Below, piece after piece: positions 14,173-27,099 of a DNA stretch of 64,000 nt. How positions within the stretch are numbered: the stretch's first letter is position 1; each line of letters opens with the position of its first letter. The position numbers were made by a program, and so were the translations under genes. Location of the stretch: the NCBI GenBank assembly GCA_951406725.2, contig OX597820.1, positions 46,934,001 through 46,998,000 of the forward strand. Reading direction: 5' to 3'. This stretch comes from Octopus vulgaris (lineage: Eukaryota). The notes below the pieces were generated by a model. It was not told the DNA's origin. It saw nothing but the letters and a program-made list of their open reading frames with translations, and did not search any database.

Positions 14173-14274
14173 GTGCTTTAGGTGATAATGTGGAAGAACA
14201 TCTAGAAATGGGTAAAACCCTTCTGGCACAGGGGAAACTAACTGATGCCTTATCACACTATCATGCTGCAGTAG
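14173..14274 (+). CDS. DNAJC3: DNAJC3 exon 2 (TPR1: GALGDNVEEHLEMGKTLLAQGKLTDALSHYHAAV)
   Basis: AG/GT boundaries; peptide matches the P58IPK TPR1 pattern; phase 1/1. Confidence 0.95.
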
Positions 14275-14302
14275 GTATGTATTTGTGTGTGTGTGTGTGT
14301 GT

Positions 14303-14545
14303 GAAGGTGCATAGCTTAGTGGTTAAGGTGTTGGACTCATGATTGTAAACTTGTGGTTTCGATTCCTAGACCAGGCGACACATTGTGTTCTTGAACAAAA
14401 CACTTCATTTCATTTTGCTCAAGTTCACTCAACTGGCTAAGATGAGTAATCCTGCGATGGATGGGTGTCCCATCCTGGTGGGAAATATATACACCATGAA
14501 ACTGGCCCTTATGAGTTGGTATAACTTGAGAAGATAACTTTACCT
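14303..14545 (+). mobile_element. CORE-like tRNA SINE (family D). Other copies: ~25218-25556(-), 33040-33365, 39440-39770
   Basis: A/B boxes (tagcttagtggttaa; gtttcgattcc) followed by ttgtgttcttgaacaaaacactt..ttgctc..cactcaactg. Confidence 0.75.
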
Positions 14546-14574
14546 TATATATATATACACACACACACATATAG

Positions 14575-14870
14575 TTATTAAAGTTTTTACAGGAAGAGAA
14601 GTGACAGTAACTTTGAAGTCTGTGTTATCTCTCCAAATCCTTCATCATATTGCTGATGAAGGCTATATTTATATTCTTTTATTTGTTTCAGTCATTTGAC
14701 TGTGGCTATGCTGGAGCACTGCTAGTATACCAAAACTTTGAAGTCACTGTAGCTCTTCTTGTAAAAGTTTAATAAATATGTACGCTTCTAAAAAGTATTG
14801 ACTAGTTGAGTAATTTTACATTTTAATGTTGAATTGTTTATATAACTTGACATTGAAACAAACATCAATA
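14575..14870 (+). mobile_element. PLE-like terminal fragment with an imperfect inverted repeat enclosing a decayed hammerhead (14653-14750)
   Basis: CTGATGA-A-GG...CC-AAAA-C-TTTGAA-G-TC, with a SINE tail piece inserted in stem II; arms 14576-14614 and 14741-14775. Confidence 0.5.
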
Positions 14871-16212
14871 TATATGTGTGTATATCATCATCATCATTTA
14901 ACATTCATTTCCATGCTGGCATGGGTTGGATGGTTTGACAGGAGCTGGCCAACCGGATGACTGTTCAGGCTCCAGTTGTCTCTTTTAGCATAGTTTCTAT
15001 GGCTGGATGCCCTTGCTAATGCCAACTACTATACAGTGTGTACTGGGTGCTTTTTTTATGTGCCACCAGCATGAGTGCACTGTCACATGGCACTGGCATG
15101 AGTACATCAACATGAGTACATTTTACATGGTAAGTCAGAAATGGAGAGTCAGTTTGAGCAATCTAATTTCTAAATGTGGCGCTTTCAGGCCTATAGTAGG
15201 AAAAGACCAGGCCATGTTTCATTCATCCATTTCTGATGATTGCTGGATTTGCCTCTCCATTTGTCATGAAACCTTTTGGTAATTTGTCTATCATGATACT
15301 ATAATATTTTGTGTGTGCGTTTACACATGAAAAGGAAAATGTACTTCATACATAAAGTAAAATATTTCTATGTTTAGAAGCTGAAGCATCTTGGATCATT
15401 ACTTTGCATTTCATGTTACCAGTTATTCAGATAATTGATGAAGGGAAGCAGCTTGACATTATACAAGTGAAAATATTTGTAAACGCATCATAATATGATT
15501 ATTCAATGAGATTGATCAGCTGCCAAAAATACCATTAGAAAATGTAACCTACATATGTCTATTCAGTTGTTACATGTAGAATATGTGATCTAATCATTTA
15601 TTTGCTTGCAAAAGCAAAATATTTTCAGGTCTTTTGTAAAAACGCAAAGGCAAGGAAAGCAACTAATGCTAATGGCTAATGTAGTTTAAGTTTTAATGAA
15701 AAACTGTAGGTTTTTTCCTCTTTCTTGCAGATCTATTTTTTTTTAAAGAATAAGCTATTTTGCTAATTGATTTGCAGAATTCTACTTCATGCATGCCATA
15801 TAATTCCTCATGACTTTTCTATTTTTGGGAATTTTCAGAAAATTTTTGCAAATTTGTATTCTACACATGAGAATTTACATGACTTATGAAAAAAAAAATT
15901 AAAAAAAAATTTTTTTTAATTTATTTAAAAAAAATTTTGGTTAACCTCAGCAGAATTTGAACTCAGAATGTAACGGCAGATGAAATACCGCTAAGCATTT
16001 CGTGCGGCGTGCTAATGTTTCTACCGCCGTTTGTTGCTTTCTTTTTAGGGTGATTTTAATTTTTAACAATTATTTTTCCAAAGTAGCATGGAAATATGGA
16101 TGTAATAAAAGTAGACCTTTTCACTGATGTTAAAAAGAAAAGTGGGGTGGAAATGGTTTTATTCTATAGCTTTTTACCACTAAATATTTTTTTTTTTTTT
16201 TTCTGTTTCCAG

Positions 16213-16337
16213 AGGGTGACCCATCCAACTATTTAACTTATTACAAAAGAGCTACAGTGTTCTTAGCCTTGGGTAAATCTCGGTCTGCTCAACCAGACTT
16301 GGATAGAGTTTTGGAACTGAAACCAAATTTTAATGCT
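16213..16337 (+). CDS. DNAJC3: DNAJC3 exon 3 (EGDPSNYLTYYKRATVFLALGKSRSAQPDLDRVLELKPNFNA)
   Basis: Polypyrimidine tract plus AG, GTAAGT donor, conserved TPR2 peptide. Confidence 0.95.
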
Positions 16338-16454
16338 GTAAGTTGTTTATTTTAACATTTGGCTTGCATAATTCACTCATTGTTTTCTTGATATTTTGAT
16401 TGATGTTGTCAATGTACATGGCATGGTAGGAGATGGAATAAACAATGATAATAA

Positions 16455-16864
16455 TTCTTTCTACTATAGGGACAAAGGCTGAAATTTGGTGGGATGGGGT
16501 TAGTCAATTACATCGACTCTAGTACTTGATTGGTGCTTAATTTAATGACCCCGAAAGAATGAAAAGCAAAGTTGACCTTGGCAGAATTTGAACTCGGAGC
16601 ATAAAGTTGGAAGAAATGCTACTAAGGATCTTGTCCAGTGTGGTAACAATTCTGCCAGCTTAATAATAATAATAATAATAATAATAGGACTTACAAACAC
16701 ATATAACATACAGAAAATTGCACTACTGGGCACTGCACACATCCTACGCAGAACACTTTCCATACAATAACCATCAGAGCATCACAACAAATCACAGCAC
16801 ATACCCAAGGCACACAGAGCTGTGTTCGGTAGTGAAATGAAAGCACGCTATAAAAATAAAACTA

Positions 16865-16907
<43 letters not shown>

Positions 16908-17550
16908 GTTTCAAATTTTGCCACAAGGGCAGCTATTTTGGCAGTGGGGATAAGTCGATCACATCAACCCCAGTACTCAACTGGTACTCATTTTATCGAT
17001 CCCAAAAGGATGAAAGGCAAAGTCGACCCTGGTGGAATTTGAACTCAGAATGTAGTGATGGGTGAAATACCACTAAGCATTTCGTCTAGTGTGCTAACAA
17101 TTCTGCTGGCTCGCCGCCTTATTAATAATAATAGTAATAATAATAATGATAATGGTTTCAAATTTTGGCACAAGACCAGCAGTTTTTGAGGGGAGACGGG
17201 GAGAGGGAAGTTGATTACTTTGACTCCAGTGCTTGACTGGTGCTTATTTCATCAACTCTGAAAGGATGAAAGGCAAAGTCAACCTCGGTGGAATTTGAAC
17301 TCAGAATGTAAAGCTGAATGAAATCCTGCTCGGCATTTGTCCGGCATGCTAATGATTCTTCCAACTTGCCGCCTTAACAAAAATAATAACAAAATGAATA
17401 ATGGTTTCAATATTAGCAGAAGCCCAGCAATTTTAAGGGAAGCCGGTTAGTCGATTACAGACCTCAGTTCTTGACTGGTACTTTATTTTTAACGACCCTG
17501 AAAAGATGAAAGGTAAAATTGACTTTGATTGGATTTGAACTCAGGACATA
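16455..17550 (-). mobile_element. Four tandem family-A SINEs (tRNA head plus Meta/MESC-like core) separated by (TAA)n. Other copies: ~10760-10980, 11710-11890, 44165-44650, 45400-45615, 47772-48000, 49977-50188
   Basis: Repeated ccccgaaaggatgaaaggcaaagtcgacctcggcggaatttgaactcagaa block. Confidence 0.85.
16686..16868 (+). mobile_element. 3' end of an R4/Dong-like RLE LINE inserted in (TAA)n
   Basis: IQKIALLGTAHILRRTL* C-terminal motif, flanked on both sides by TAA repeats. Confidence 0.75.
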
Positions 17551-17744
17551 AGAAATAAGAGCAATAAGAACTACCTCTTTACACTCATGTATTTTGTACA
17601 GCAGCAAGAGAAGTTCATTTCTTATATCTGTATCGTCTTCATTACATATTTTACATTATATATTACATTATTCATCTTTTCCTTTATTAATTCCCTTTAC
17701 TCCCCTTTCAAATTCTTTTCATTATTGCTCTCCTCCCCTTGTAG

Positions 17745-17819
17745 GCTCGTATGCAGCGAGGTAATGTCCTACTAAAACAGGGACAGTTAGATGAAGCAAA
17801 GGATGACTATACAACTGTG
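17745..17819 (+). CDS. DNAJC3: DNAJC3 exon 4 (ARMQRGNVLLKQGQLDEAKDDYTTV)
   Basis: AG/GTAAGT, 75 nt, phase 0/0, TPR3 peptide. Confidence 0.95.
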
Positions 17820-17861
17820 GTAAGTATTATATTCTTTATTTGTGTGTTTATTTGTAATAAA

Positions 17862-18245
17862 GGAGGCGCAATGGCCCAGTGGCTAGGGCAGCGGTCTCGC
17901 AGTCGTAGGATCGCGGTTTCGATTCCCAGACCGGGCGTTGTGAGTGTTTATTGAGCAAAAACACCTAAAGCTCCACGAGTCTCCGGCAGGGATGGTGGTG
18001 ATCCCTGCTGTACTCTTTCACCACAACTTTCTCTCACTCTTACTTCCTGTTTCTGTTGTACCTGTATTTCAAAGGGCCGGCCTTGTCACTCTCTGTGTCA
18101 CGCTGAATATCCCCAAGAACTACGTTAAGGGTACACGTGTCTGTGGAGTGCTCAGCCACTTACATGTTAATTTCACGAGCAGGCTGTTCCGTTGATCGGA
18201 TCAACCGGAACCCTCGTCGTCGTAACCGACGGAGTACTTCCATCC
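17862..18245 (+). mobile_element. tRNA(Arg)-like SINE family C. Other copies: 56223-56598, related 50211-50425
   Basis: ggaggcgcaatggcccagtggctag..gtttcgattccc head; near-identical body at 56223. Confidence 0.85.
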
Positions 18246-18829
18246 ATTTGTAATAAACTACCAATAGTAGTTAATTATAGTGAGATCTGCTGACACACAC
18301 TTCATGTACCAATCTTTGACAATGCCTTTACTGTTTCATGTCAGATTTATAGCTTGTAGAAAGTTGGTTGAACTATTAGATGTGATTCACAGATTCAGTA
18401 TTCCAAAAGCATCATGTTTCCACCTGATTGAACACCACATTATACACTCTAAAATGCAATGATTTCTCATTCAAGATGACTTATGGCAGTCTTGGCCTTT
18501 AGCAGTTTTCTTCATTGAGTGTTCCTATATGGTTGTTTAGTTCTAGATCAACTCTGATTCAACAGACTTATTACCAAAAGCATTCCATTACATCTTTTAT
18601 TTAGATACATTAGGACTACATTAGCTGATGTATCCCTCCCTTCAGATAGTAGGTTGTGATTTTTAGGGAGATTTTGCTGCTATTTCTAGCTGGTCAAGTG
18701 AGCTTGTAGAGGTTTTCATGGTGGTGAATACACTAAAGTTGGTAAATGTGAGCTTGGTTGGTGCACAAGAGTTATTGCTCCTTTTCACTTACTATTGATG
18801 TACCTTCCAGTACAGTGTTTAGAATTAAT

Positions 18830-19647
18830 GGATTTTTTTCCCTTTCAACAGCAGATTGAGAAATTAATTTTTTGTAACTAAACACTTTCAAACTTCGGAC
18901 ACTGGTAGAATGTGTCATATAAAACATCTTTTACTCTTAGTGTTGTTGAGAAAATTTTTTATTTTCAAAGGTATTTCATGTTAAATTTTTTTGTATTTCG
19001 GTAATTTCAACCAATCAGTGACATGTATACAGCTGAATAAAATTACTGCCGTTGTTTATCAACAACAACTATCGGCAGTGTATATTTTGTTTGTTACTGT
19101 TATTTATGACATCGTTCGTGCGTTTGTACTAGTTTTAGGGTTACGGTTGGGGTTGGGGGTTTTGGGTTAGAGTTATGGAAAAAAGTGAAAAAATGAAGAA
19201 ATTAGAGGGGAAAGGGGACAAAAAAGTCTTTCTGAAAATAATAGCTGAAAAACAGGAAAAAAAGACTAAAAGCAGTAGAAATGCACGAATGAGTATGGTG
19301 GTGCCATGATATAAACATGTTTCAGATACACTCGTTTATTCATACAAACTTAACTGAGATGAAATATGTCATAAATAACAGTGACAAACGAAATATACAC
19401 CACCGGAAGTTGTTATTGACAAACAACAACAGTAATTTTATTCAGCTGAATAGACGTCATTGATTGGTTGAAATTACTGAAATACAACAACTTTAACATG
19501 ACATAACTTCGAAAATTAGAAAATTTTCTCAACAACACTAAGAGTAAAGGATGTTTTACATGACACATTCTACCAGTGTCGGAAGTTTGATAGTGTTTAG
19601 TTACAAAAAATTAATTTCTCGATTTGCCATTGAAAGGGAAAAGATCT
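18830..19647. mobile_element. Non-autonomous DNA transposon with ~290-bp TIRs and 8-bp TSD GAATTAAT. Related one-ended copy ~48310-48580
   Basis: Long imperfect inverted repeats; identical GAATTAAT at 18822-18829 and 19648-19655. Confidence 0.85.
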
Positions 19648-19937
19648 GAATTAATGAGGCTGCATTTTTAAAATAATGTTATAATAGTGTTCTAGTTTGA
19701 TGTAGATGTGTCTGGATGTCTGAAGATGATTGAACATATATTTTCTGGCAAGGGCTGTGAGCTTGTTGCAGCCACAAACTGGCTCCTCATATATCCAGGA
19801 AGTCTTTCATTATGAGTATTTTGGTTTCATTGTGTAAGTGACCTGTGTGCAGCTTGTGATGATGTAATATGCAGCAATTTGTACCCTGGGTAAGTTGTAG
19901 TTGATATTTTAATACAGATTAACTCAGATTTACCAAA

Positions 19938-20275
19938 AGTTAAGTTAAGTTAAGTTAAGTTAATTTTTTGGCTCAAAAAGCAAAAAGCAAGGCCATGTTG
20001 AGGGACATGGAGTTATGTACAGGGTGGTGTTCATGCAAAGAGTTCAGGCCATTTCTGGTCAAGAGAGACTTTGAACCGAGCGGTCGTCGGCATCTTCACT
20101 ATTTCGTCCGGCAGCTTATTCCATGGATCCGCAACCCGGACGGAAAAAGCCCCTCTCCTTCGATTGAGATGAAATCATCGCAGATAGAGCTTTTTGGAGT
20201 GACCCCACAGCCGACGCTCTGGAGCAGGAGTGAAGAACAGCTCTTTCGAGAGGTTACACTTTCCGCTTAAAGGCA
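19938..20275 (-). mobile_element. CR1-type LINE 3' end with (CTTAA)n tail
   Basis: Minus-strand peptide RRLWGHSKKLY...AFSVRVADPWNKLP...FKVSLD. Confidence 0.8.
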
Positions 20276-20787
20276 TTGTAGCTATGAACATCCAGTATTT
20301 TTTCAGTTACTGGACAATTTTATCCAATGTTCCCTTGTTTTGTTTTAAGATAATATTCTGGGCCTGGGATTTGAGGGAGATTTGGGTGCAGAGCAAGTTA
20401 TCATGTGGAGTTCCCCTACTTTGGCTCATGTTTGGGTATGTGTTGTGAGTTGTAGTGTGTGTCAGTGTGGGTATGTTGTGTTATGCAGTGTAGTTTTTGT
20501 TCGTGTAAGTTATAGCATGTTGGTATGGGTATATGGTGTTGTCAGGTGTAGCAAGTCAGTCTCTTTTACTCTTTTACTTGTTTCAGTCATTTGACTGTGG
20601 CCATGCTGGAGCACCGCCTTTTAGTCAAGCAAATCGACCGCAAGACTTATTCTTTGTAAGCCTAGTACTTATTCTGTCGGTCTCTTTTGCCGAACTGCTA
20701 AGTTACGGAGACGTAAACACACCAGCATTGGTTGTCAAGCGATGTTGGGGGGACAAACACAGACACACAAACATATACACACACACA

Positions 20788-20832
<45 letters not shown>

Positions 20833-21331
20833 GACGAGCTTCTTTCAGTTTCCATCGACCAAATCCACTCAGAAGGCTTTGGTCGACCCTAGGCTATAGA
20901 AGGCACTTGCCCAAGGTGCCACGCAGTGGGACTGAACCCAGAACCATGTGGTTCATAAGCAAGCTACTTACCACACAAGCACTCCTGGGAGTAGGCATAT
21001 TTGGCAGATAATGTGTTGGAGTCAAGAGACACATGAGAGATGGAGTATGAGTGTTGGTATTGGGTGGAAGTGTGATTATATTTGCATAGAGTTTTGTTTG
21101 AACTTCTTTGTTTCCACTCCCTTCATCTGATTGTTGAAGGTAATTAACGATGTTGTTTGATTAAAATCATCCTTGATATAAAACTGACTTTAGGTGTTTC
21201 GGTGAACATCAATTTGTAGCTTCATTTTGTAGATCCCTGTGTTGTCTGTAAACCCCATTTTAGAAAAGTATGGGATCCACAGGCTTTCCTGTGTATGTCT
21301 TTAATCTCCTTTTTATGTTTGTTTCATATAG

Positions 21332-21475
21332 TTGAAATTTGACCCCAATCACAGCCAAGCCCAGAAACAATTAGACTTGATTGACCCCCTAAAAGCAGAG
21401 ATATCTGAAGCAAAAGCCAGATACAAGAGCGGTGACCATCAGGCAGCCATAGATCACTTAACAAAAGCCATTGAG
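21332..21475 (+). CDS. DNAJC3: DNAJC3 exon 5 (LKFDPNHSQAQKQL...HLTKAIE)
   Basis: AG/GTTAGT, 144 nt in frame, TPR4 peptide. Confidence 0.93.
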
Positions 21476-21775
21476 GTTAGTGATTTTTTTTTTTTTTTCA
21501 CATCTTGGTTGTTGTCCTTATTAAATCATCTCTTTTCAGTTTCATGTTTTTGTTTTATTTTATACTCGATATTTGAATTTATTATTTTGTGTTTATTTTA
21601 TATATATATATACTTACATACATACACACACACACACATATATATATATATATTGTCAGTAATTCATATATCTGAAAAGAAGCATACTCTAAAGCATTTG
21701 AGTAGTAATATATTTTTAGGAAATTGATTCTTAAGATCACTCTCTGACTGGTCATGACTATCATGGTCATGACTC

Positions 21776-21817
<42 letters not shown>

Positions 21818-22726
21818 CTACGTTAGGAAGGGCATCCAGCTGTAGAAACACTGACAGATCTGACTGGCCTGGTGCAGCCTTCGGGCTCCCCAGACTCCAG
21901 TTGAACCGTCCAACCCATGCTAGCATGGAAAGCGGACGTTAAATGAGGATGATGATGATGATATATATATATATATATTAAAATTAAAATGAGGGTGAAA
22001 ATTCTTAGTGGTTAAGACCATAGTGGATCTTCTTCTAGCATAAGGGTTTCCACAGTGGTAAAATTCCCTCTTATATTTATATATATATATATATATATAA
22101 ATTGTTTTTGAGTTTATGTAATTTCTTTTAGTTTTTGATACATCCAAAGTAGTTTATGTATCGTGAACTTCTCTCATTTTCCATAATGTTAAATTTCCAA
22201 GCAGTATATCTTCCTACCTAGATACAGGTAGAGACAATCTTGGCAAGATTCAAACTTAAGGCTAGGAACATCCCATATCTGAGTTATAGTTTGTTCCTTT
22301 TAATGAAGCTAGTCATAGGTCCGAAAAATGTAAAAAGCTAATTGCAACTTCATGTGATTTGAGGTTCTGAACATATTGTCAACAAGTATGGACAGCGCGA
22401 TTGTTGTTCACTGTAATGACTTCACCTGTGGGAATTTAAATCCTTATATAAAATTTGAGCTCTCAGGATGTCTGTGGCCCAGAGTTATGGCACACTGGTA
22501 TCATGAATTGTCATCTCTTCAATATAAAATATAGTTTGTTATCAGACCAGTCACATTAAGTAAAGCTTTGACTCTGGTGTAATTAGATGTGATTTAAACT
22601 TCAGAACTGTAAGATTTAATCTTGTTGCCAGTATGTATAGATTGCAGTGAGAATACAGATTTTGTGGGTTTTTTATTTTTTAAAATTTTACATCTTGATC
22701 ATGCTATAACCCTTCATCTGTTGCAG

Positions 22727-22908
22727 GTTTGTCCATGGAGCCCAGAACTGAAGGAGATTCGATCTGAATGCTACATTGCTCTAGGCGATTTGTTAAAAGC
22801 AATCCACGACATCCGTCCAACTACAAAATTACGCAATGATAATACAGCTGCCTTTTTGAAACTCAGTCTTTTACATTATCAATTGGGGGAAGCAGATGAC
22901 TCTCTCAG
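22727..22908 (+). CDS. DNAJC3: DNAJC3 exon 6 (VCPWSPELKEIRSECYIALGD...GEADDSL)
   Basis: CAG/GTGAGT, conserved TPR5-6 peptide, phase 0/2. Confidence 0.95.
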
Positions 22909-23747
22909 GTGAGTTGTCAGAATGTAGTTGTTCCCTTCTGAAGCCTTCATACATCTATATTATTTGACATTTGTGCTCAGCAAGACCTACCCACCACAAC
23001 AGAACTGAGATCCTAAAACCAAGGTGTCATGTAAAAAGCATTGGTGTGGGTACTGGTGCTATATAAAAAGCCCTGATGGTGGTACCATGTCAAAAGCACT
23101 CATTACATTCTGTAAAGTGGTTGGCATTAGGAAGGGCATCCAGCTGTAGAAACCTAGCCTAAATAGACTATGGAACGTGGTGCAGCCCCTGGCCTTGCCA
23201 GTTCCTATCAAGCCATCCAACCCATGCCTGCATGGAAAACAAACATTAATAATGATGATGATGATGTTTGCTTGTGTGTGTGTGTGTGAATTACTCTTAG
23301 TTAGGTGGGAGTTATCCTGCAGATATGTGAGCATCATTAAACTTAAAGGGCTCAACTGGTGGAGAAGATTCTGAAAATGAACCAAGAAACAGGCTTGATA
23401 AAAGGGTTCTTCAGCAGCTGTAGAGGAAGAACATGCTTGTCCTTTTTGTGATTCACTAAGCAGTTCCAAAGTTTGGCTTGCACTATATATGAGTCCACCA
23501 TGGTTTCCATATGAAGAGGCACTGACTGCTGTCATCTCGTAACTCTATGAAAATAACAAAAGCCAAACATCCATAAAGCCTGTCTGCAAGGAATAAGTTT
23601 ACAGTTAATTAAGTCTTTGTGTGTGTGTGTTGCTGTTTTCCATATCGCCATAGATGCTGATGATTATCTTGAAGCAGATTTTTTTTGAATTCTGTTCAGT
23701 ACACAACTCTTTAGTTAGACTGAAACCACATGTTAGTTAAGCAAATT

Positions 23748-24095
23748 CATCATCATCATCATCATCGTTTAAGGTCCGTTTTCCATGCTAGCATGGGTTG
23801 GACGATTTGACCGAGGACTGGCAAACCAGATGGCTGCACCAGGCTCCAATCTGATCTGGTAGAGTTTCTACAGCTGGATACCCTTCCTAACGTCAATCAC
23901 TCCGAGAGTGTAGTTGGTTCTTTTACGTGCCACCGGCTCGAGGGCCAGTCAGGCAGTACTAGCAACGGCCACGCTCAAGTGGTGTTTTTTATGGGCCAAC
24001 TACACAGGAGCCAGTCCAGCGGCACTGGCAATAACCTCACTTGAATGTTGTTTTTCCCGTGCCACCAGCACAAGTGCCAGTAAGGTGATGCTAGT
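23748..24095 (-). mobile_element. RTE 3'-tail fragment. Other copies: ~2510-2628, 14884-15060(-), 21820-21960, 23030-23265, 43860-44150, 44826-45232
   Basis: Matches the 3' UTR of the RTE at 29600-29876, including the (GAT)n tail. Confidence 0.85.
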
Positions 24096-24834
24096 AATGC
24101 AAGTAAGGCGGGCAAGCAATTGTGCATAATAGATAGAGCTGGATTAAGGTTTGAGCTTGCCCAATAAATGGTTAAAAGCCATTTTGCAGTAATTGTTCCA
24201 AACCATTTGTGACTTGACATGCCCCTGACCTATGTAAGACTACATGGGTATAAGCTTAGATATTTTGAGATCCTTTTTTTCTATTGTGCACCACAGCAAG
24301 GCACCCCTCTTTGCTCAGTTTGTTCAACCAGCCAAAAAATGTTCTATGACCTTTTTCTTCACATTTGAATGGATTAGTGACCAGAAATGAATCCAACCAA
24401 CGATAAAAACAATCACCTCAACATATAAACCATTTCATTCATGCTAGCAAAGAAAAATTAATGTAAATCTGCAAAAACAAAAATTTTGTTTTATCATTTT
24501 CACTCTTTCTTTTTCTCATACCCCATCTCTCTCCACTCTCTCTTTCTCTCTTCCTGTCTTTCTCCCTCTCTTTCAGTTCCCCTCTTTTTCTCTCTTCCCC
24601 TCTTTCTTTTTCTTTCTCTCTCCTTCCCTCTTTCCGTCTAAGATATATTCTTTGCTGTTTTCAAATTCCAAATAGAGTTACTCATAAGAAATAGTAAAAT
24701 TGATTTGCAAAACTGACTTTGAAAAAATTATATTTTATTTTGTTTTTCTATTTCTGTTGTTATCTTCTGGTTTTATTTTCTGCTGTTAATTTCTGTCAGT
24801 AATTCCTGACATTAATTCCTGCCATTCATTTCAG

Positions 24835-25060
24835 TCAAATCCGTGAATGCTTAAAGTTAGACCCTGATCATAAAGACTGCTTCCAGCATTATAAGAAGGT
24901 GAAGAAATTGGTAAAACTTATTAATGCAGCACAAGAACAAGCAAACTCACAATCTTATGAAGAATGTATCCAAAAAGCTAATCAAATTCTTGAAATGGAG
25001 AATAAAAATCAACAATTTATTCTAAAGGGCAAGTCCTTCCTTTGTCATTGTAATTCCAAA
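24835..25060 (+). CDS. DNAJC3: DNAJC3 exon 7 (SQIRECLKLDPDHKDCFQHYKKVKKL...CHCNSK)
   Basis: CAG/GTAAGT; hallmark RECLKLDPDHK motif; phase 2/0. Confidence 0.95.
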
Positions 25061-25560
25061 GTAAGTGACTTTTTTCTGTTTTTTGCATTCTTGTTTGACA
25101 TTTTTGTTTTTTTTTCATCAATTCCTTGCATTTCTATTTCACCTCTACTTACCTTCTTTCTCTTTTAGTCTCATTTGGTGTGTGTGTGTGTGTGTGTGTG
25201 TATAATATACATATATAAAGGGTAAAGATTTCCTTCTGTCTTGACTGACCATGGGATTACACCTAGATAGTTCCCCTCAGAGGTACAAGTCCAGGCAAGG
25301 TTGTTTATGGAAGATCAGGAGTTGCCCATGCATACCAGCCTGCACTCTCCATGCCACTGATGTTATCCAAGGGAAAGGCAAAGGCTGATACAGCTTGGCA
25401 CCAGTGACTTCGCAACTCATTTCTATAGCTGAGTGAACTGGAGCAACATGGAATAAAGTGTCTTGCTCAAGAACACAACATACAGCTCAGTCTGGGAATC
25501 AAACTCACCACCTCATGATTGCGAGCCCAACACTCTAACCACTGAGCCATGCACCTTCAG

Positions 25561-25573
25561 TGTACATACATAC

Positions 25574-25606
<33 letters not shown>

Positions 25607-25654
25607 ATGTACATATATACAACATGCACATGTACAAATATACATACACACACA

Positions 25655-25695
<41 letters not shown>

Positions 25696-25837
25696 ATATG
25701 TATATATATATATGTATATGTGTATATATATGTATATATGTGTATATATATGTGTATGTATATGTATATATATATGTATATATATGTATATGTATATATG
25801 TGTATATATATATGTATATATATGTATATATATATGT

Positions 25838-25871
<34 letters not shown>

Positions 25872-25920
25872 ATGTATATATAAAGATGTATATGTATATA
25901 TGTAGTTTTATATGTATATG
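25561..25920. repeat. Compound (TA)/(TG) microsatellite, representative of dozens (e.g. 27657-27886, 52983-53158, 53687-53820, 57885-58030, 59595-59960)
   Basis: Directly visible; source of many spurious YI/CV/HT ORFs. Confidence 0.98.
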
Positions 25921-25924
25921 TCAT

Positions 25925-26790
25925 CATCATCAATCATTTTAAATCCGTGGTTTGTCCCCGTTAATAGGGGTTGCTGGATCTACCTCAATGCCCCAGCAAC
26001 CGCCCTCACACTATCTCACCATCTTTCCCGGTTTTGGCCATCCTCCCTTCGCAAGCCAACCCTTCCAATCTCCTCCTCCACCCGTCCTCTTCACATTTGG
26101 TCTACTTCGCTTTCACTGTCCATTTTCCTCAAACTCTAGCAGCCTCTTCAGAACATGCTCCTCATCCCTCCTCAACACATGCCCATACCACAACACTCTA
26201 TTTGCCCTTTGGCAGCTGTTCCACTGATTTCTCTAACCCCAGCATCCCCATCATCTCCTCAGTCTTCCGCTTATCAAACAGCCTCACACTACACATTCCT
26301 CTGACCGTTACCCTCTCTGTCTTTCTCAAAATTGACATCTCTCTCTCTCCCTCAACTAGCATATCTCACCCCCATACTGCATTGCAGCTCTTACGTACAC
26401 CTTTCTTTTCGTCTTCAATGAGAACCTTTTCCCATATAACAACGCTCCGCATTCCCTGAACTCCACCCAGCCAAGTTTCGCTCTTGCTGTCACAGCTGCT
26501 TCACATCCACCACTTACATCCACCCTGTTTACCAAATAACAAAACCCTCTCACCAGCTCCACACCTTATCACATAGTGTTTCCACTAACTTCTGTCTAAG
26601 ATATATTCTTTGCTGTTTTCAAATTCCAAATAGAGTTACTCATAAGAAATAGTAGCCTTCCACCTCCTCTCTCACATCTTCCACAAACAAACTCTCTTGC
26701 CAGTCGCTTGGGGGTCACCTTCTTCATTTCTATACATCTGCCATGAATCCATTTCTCACATCTCATACACAAAACCGCATTTGTCATTAC
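25925..26790 (-). mobile_element. Decayed RTE-type LINE, second PHD-bearing family
   Basis: CMRCEKWIHGRC..FVCGRC and GGCEAAVTARAKLGWVEFREC peptides. Confidence 0.85.
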
Positions 26791-27099
26791 CCTCCCACAT
26801 ACACCTTCCTTAGCCTAACCTACACCCCCACCCTCAGCTTAACCCACACCCCACCCTTGCGTTCCCCACTCTTGCCTCCCTCACCTTCCAACACCACTAC
26901 ACCATACACCACCATGCCACACAACACATCACATCACACCACCATGCACACACTAGCACTGACCACTCCCCAGCCCCACATCCATACACCCACACATTCA
27001 CACACCCACATGTCAAGGTCACCAGCCGTCTTCCACATGCACATACATACTCTCTTATACACATGCACGTGAACCTTCGTTTTGGGATCACCACTTCTT

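Noticed and set aside
25463-25942. Long YI/CV/HT-rich ORFs here and throughout
   Set aside because: Translations of dinucleotide microsatellites, which lack stops in several frames.
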